Shown in pieces: positions 61,675 through 64,000 of a DNA stretch of 64,000 nt. The translations under genes were made by a program, and so were the position numbers. The notes under the pieces were generated by a model. It searched no databases and was not told where the DNA came from. It was given only the letters and a program-made list of their open reading frames with translations. The stretch lies in contig JABGVJ010000013.1 of assembly GCA_018646105.1 (NCBI GenBank), positions 1,517-65,516 of the forward strand, given 5' to 3'. The DNA comes from a bacterium (lineage in GTDB: Bacteria; Margulisbacteria; Marinamargulisbacteria; JABGVJ01). Every line of letters begins with the position of its first letter. The stretch's first letter is position 1.

Positions 61675-62772
61675 CTATTGGGATTTTGAAATATTTAATA
61701 TTACACTAATAAAAAATATGGAAGTGAGTAGAGAGGTTCCTCCATAGCTGATGAAGGTTAAAGGGATGCCTGTGGTGGGCAAAACGCCAATGACTACGCC
61801 GATATTTATAAATGCTTGGACAACCAAAAACAAGGAAAGCCCTAACGCAAGGAAATAAGCAAACGTGTTTTTTGCAAAAAGAGCGATTTTTAATCCCCTA
61901 AAGAATAGAAAGGTAAAAAGAAAAAGAATGATGCTCGCTAAAATAAACCCTCCCTCTTCGCAGATGATAGCATAAATAAAGTCTGAATAATGAAGAGGTA
62001 GATAAAAATATTTTAGTTTGCTTTGTCCAAGCCCGTTTCCTAGAATGCCGCCAGAGCCAATGGCCGTGAAAGATTGTACTGTGTGATAATTTTTTCCTAA
62101 AGGATCGGCCCAGGGCGTTAAGAAAGATTGGATTCTGGTTATTTGATAGGGATGCATAAAAATATTTATGGAAATTAAGGAAATTCCAATAAAAGCGAAG
62201 ATGAGTAAATGTTTGATTTTGGCCTTGCTTAAAAATAAAAGTGAAAAAGTGACGATTAAGATAACAACTATGTTGCCAAGGTCTGGTTGTAAACCTAAGA
62301 GTAGGATAGGGATGCTGATAATGAGTAGTAGCGGGAGTATTCCTTTGAAAAAACTTTGAATTTGTTTTTTTTTATTAGCAAAAGCGGCGGCTAGAAAAAC
62401 AGTAATAAAAAATTTGCAGATTTCGACAGGCTGGAGTTGAAAAAAGTAAAGGTTTATCCAGCGAGAAGCCCCTCCTATTTTACGACCAATAGAAGGAGCA
62501 AAGGTCAAGAGCAGTAAAAGAATAGAAAAAAGCAGGCCGCTAAAAGCAAATTTTTGATAATGTTTATAGGGAATAAGATAGCCGGCTATAAATAGAGGAA
62601 TGCCAATAAGAAAGAATATGAAAAAGCGTTTAATAAAAAAATAACTATCATTATAAGTAGAGTAACCAACAACAGGGCTGGTAGAAAAAAGCATAACCGT
62701 GCCGATAGTAATTAATAGGCAGGTCGTGATAAAAAGAGGCCAGTCCCAAATTTGATGCTTGTTTTTATTCAT
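61675..62772 (-). CDS. SEDS-family peptidoglycan glycosyltransferase (FtsW/RodA)
   Basis: 365 aa, ~10 TM, SEDS motifs (PDLG, …SGG…), start ATG overlaps tetR stop (ATGA). Confidence 0.8.
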   Translation of the reverse strand: MNKNKHQIWDWPLFITTCLLITIGTVMLFSTSPVVGYSTYNDSYFFIKRFFIFFLIGIPLFIAGYLIPYKHYQKFAFSGLLFSILLLLLTFAPSIGRKIGGASRWINLYFFQLQPVEICKFFITVFLAAAFANKKKQIQSFFKGILPLLLIISIPILLLGLQPDLGNIVVILIVTFSLLFLSKAKIKHLLIFAFIGISLISINIFMHPYQITRIQSFLTPWADPLGKNYHTVQSFTAIGSGGILGNGLGQSKLKYFYLPLHYSDFIYAIICEEGGFILASIILFLFTFLFFRGLKIALFAKNTFAYFLALGLSLFLVVQAFINIGVVIGVLPTTGIPLTFISYGGTSLLTSIFFISVILNISKSQ

Positions 62773-63359
62773 AAATCTAGTATTCCGTCTAGATATCCAC
62801 GGACAAAGGAATCTGCTAGGCTGTAGGCGTTTTCAAGACTAATGATGCTCATTTTGCCGCTAAGACATAACGTACAAATTCCGTGCATTCCAGCCCAAAG
62901 GACACTGGTGGCTTTTTGAGCCAAAGGTAGGTTGTTTTTTAAAGTAGGGAGAAGGGCGCTTGATACTGTGAGGAACATTTTGTCTATTTCTAGCTGAGCC
63001 CAAGGGGGGAACTCTTCGCCTTTGGGCATACTATAATTGAAAAGCATGTTAGCAAGCTGGAAGTTTGATTTCCAAAAATCAATATAACATTTAGCCAATT
63101 CAGGCATAGAATTATGATGTTGAGTAAGGTTTAACTTTATTTTTGTGTGTAAATTGATAAGGGTGCGAGCATTAACTTTTAAAATGATTTCGTTGAGATT
63201 TTTAAATACATTATATAGGGTGCCTACTGTATAGCCGATTTCTTGAGATATTTTGCGGGCTGATAATTTTTGATAGCCTTCTTGTTCTATGATTTTTTCA
63301 GCCGCCTTTAGAATTAATTCTTGTAATTGTTCTATGGAATGATCATTGCGACGACCCAT
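62769..63359 (-). CDS. TetR/AcrR-family transcriptional regulator
   Basis: N-terminal HTH LSARKISQEIGYTVGTLYNVF; 196 aa. Confidence 0.8.
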   Translation of the reverse strand: MGRRNDHSIEQLQELILKAAEKIIEQEGYQKLSARKISQEIGYTVGTLYNVFKNLNEIILKVNARTLINLHTKIKLNLTQHHNSMPELAKCYIDFWKSNFQLANMLFNYSMPKGEEFPPWAQLEIDKMFLTVSSALLPTLKNNLPLAQKATSVLWAGMHGICTLCLSGKMSIISLENAYSLADSFVRGYLDGILDL

Positions 63360-63428
63360 TTGAAATCTCCTTTAAAAGTTTATAGGTGGATTTTAATATA
63401 ACGGAAAATAGTAGATGTGTAAAGAAAA

Positions 63429-63601
63429 ATGAACGCTGTTCAATACACTTGACAAAAGAAAAAAGACAGTGTTGAATTGAACGGTGATCAATTAATTTTT
63501 TTAGTGAGTATTGAACATTGTTCAATATTGTAAACGAAGGGAGGATGTAGAGAAAAAGAGGTTTTTATATATTTTTTTGGTGGATATTGAACGCTGTTCA
63601 A
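63429..63601. promoter_or_regulatory. four palindromic operator-like sites TTGAAC-N3-GWTCAA in tetR/ABC divergent intergenic region
   Basis: tGAACGCTGTTCAA (63430-63444), TTGAACGGTGATCAA (63477-63491), TTGAACATTGTTCAA (63511-63525), TTGAACGCTGTTCAA (63587-63601). Confidence 0.55.
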
Positions 63602-63655
63602 TATGGGGATTAAAAGAGGGTGGGGCGGGCGTAATTTTTTTTAAAGGAGGTTGAG

Positions 63656-63838
63656 ATGAAAAAAAGAAAAGGAATGTTGTTGAAAGCTATTGGTGGTTTT
63701 TATTTTTTGGATTTTAAAACAATAAAGTTAGAAAAAGTAGGTGCTTGGAGAGATTGTTTTTTTGATGAGGGTAACGGATATAAGGATTTAGAGTTGGTTT
63801 GGAATGGTTTAGGAATAACAAAGGAGAAAAAGAAATGA
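63656..63838 (+). CDS. hypothetical small protein
   Basis: 60-aa ORF with GGAGG RBS; overlaps start of ABC gene by 3 nt. Confidence 0.3.
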   Translation: MKKRKGMLLKAIGGFYFLDFKTIKLEKVGAWRDCFFDEGNGYKDLELVWNGLGITKEKKK

Positions 63839-64000
63839 TAAAGTTAAAAAAGGTTAGTAAAAACATAAAAGTAAAAGGGGAAAAACAAGTAATATTGCAT
63901 AATATAAATTTAGAAATAGAGAAAGGGGAATTTGTATCTATTATGGGGCCAGTGGGTAGCGGTAAAAGCACGCTCTTAAGTATTATGGGGTTAATGCATA
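63836..64000 (+). CDS. ABC transporter ATP-binding protein (MacB/LolD-like), partial, continues beyond window
   Basis: [55 protein letters not shown]: Walker [10 protein letters not shown]. Confidence 0.8.

Overview
This is an AT-rich stretch (roughly 30-35% GC by eye) of bacterial chromosome. The organism is a diderm: BamA, Skp, LpxD, an outer-membrane beta-barrel and SecG are all present. It uses the standard code: TGA closes the epimerase gene at 2840-2842 and the TetR gene, and all long housekeeping ORFs are intact. The lineage could not be named from sequence alone; proteins are divergent, the genome is possibly reduced, and the source may be a MAG of an uncultured low-GC Gram-negative.

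Content is mostly core housekeeping:
- gyrB-gyrA.
- A complete F1Fo ATP synthase operon: atpZ-like, atpI, atpB, two atpE genes, atpF, atpH, atpA, atpG, atpD, atpC.
- rplU-rpmA-obg; rph, coaD, rsmD, recG; mnmA.
- infC-rpmI-rplT and tRNA-Arg(TCT); ssb, recD2, aroA.
- A sigma-28-like factor with a SpoIIAA/SpoIIAB-type partner-switching pair.
- tsaC, ispF, parAB, pgi, dtd, dnaA-dnaN with DnaA-box arrays, thyX, a hexokinase-family kinase, dnaE.
- An envelope cluster (OMP-lpxD-skp-bamA-secG-ftsW/rodA) headed by a tetR-family gene.

Most notable:
1. gyrB is one continuous frame broken by a single in-frame TGA at 3584-3586.
2. The ATP synthase encodes a fused double-hairpin c subunit whose second hairpin has lost the ion-binding carboxylate, plus a normal c subunit with a two-carboxylate (E/E-T-T-Y) Na+-type motif. 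This is the heteromeric c-ring architecture known from Acetobacterium woodii.
3. An unannotated 30-codon ORF encodes a bS22-like ultra-basic ribosomal protein.
4. DnaA-box arrays flank dnaA on both sides.
5. Four TTGAAC-N3-GTTCAA operators sit at the tetR divergent promoter.
6. A JAB/MPN metalloprotease is paired with a Cys-rich YkgJ-like protein.
7. A MerR-DegV fusion regulator.
8. A GC-rich 16-nt motif is shared by two unrelated 5' regions.

No CRISPR array, integrase, transposase or reverse transcriptase was seen.
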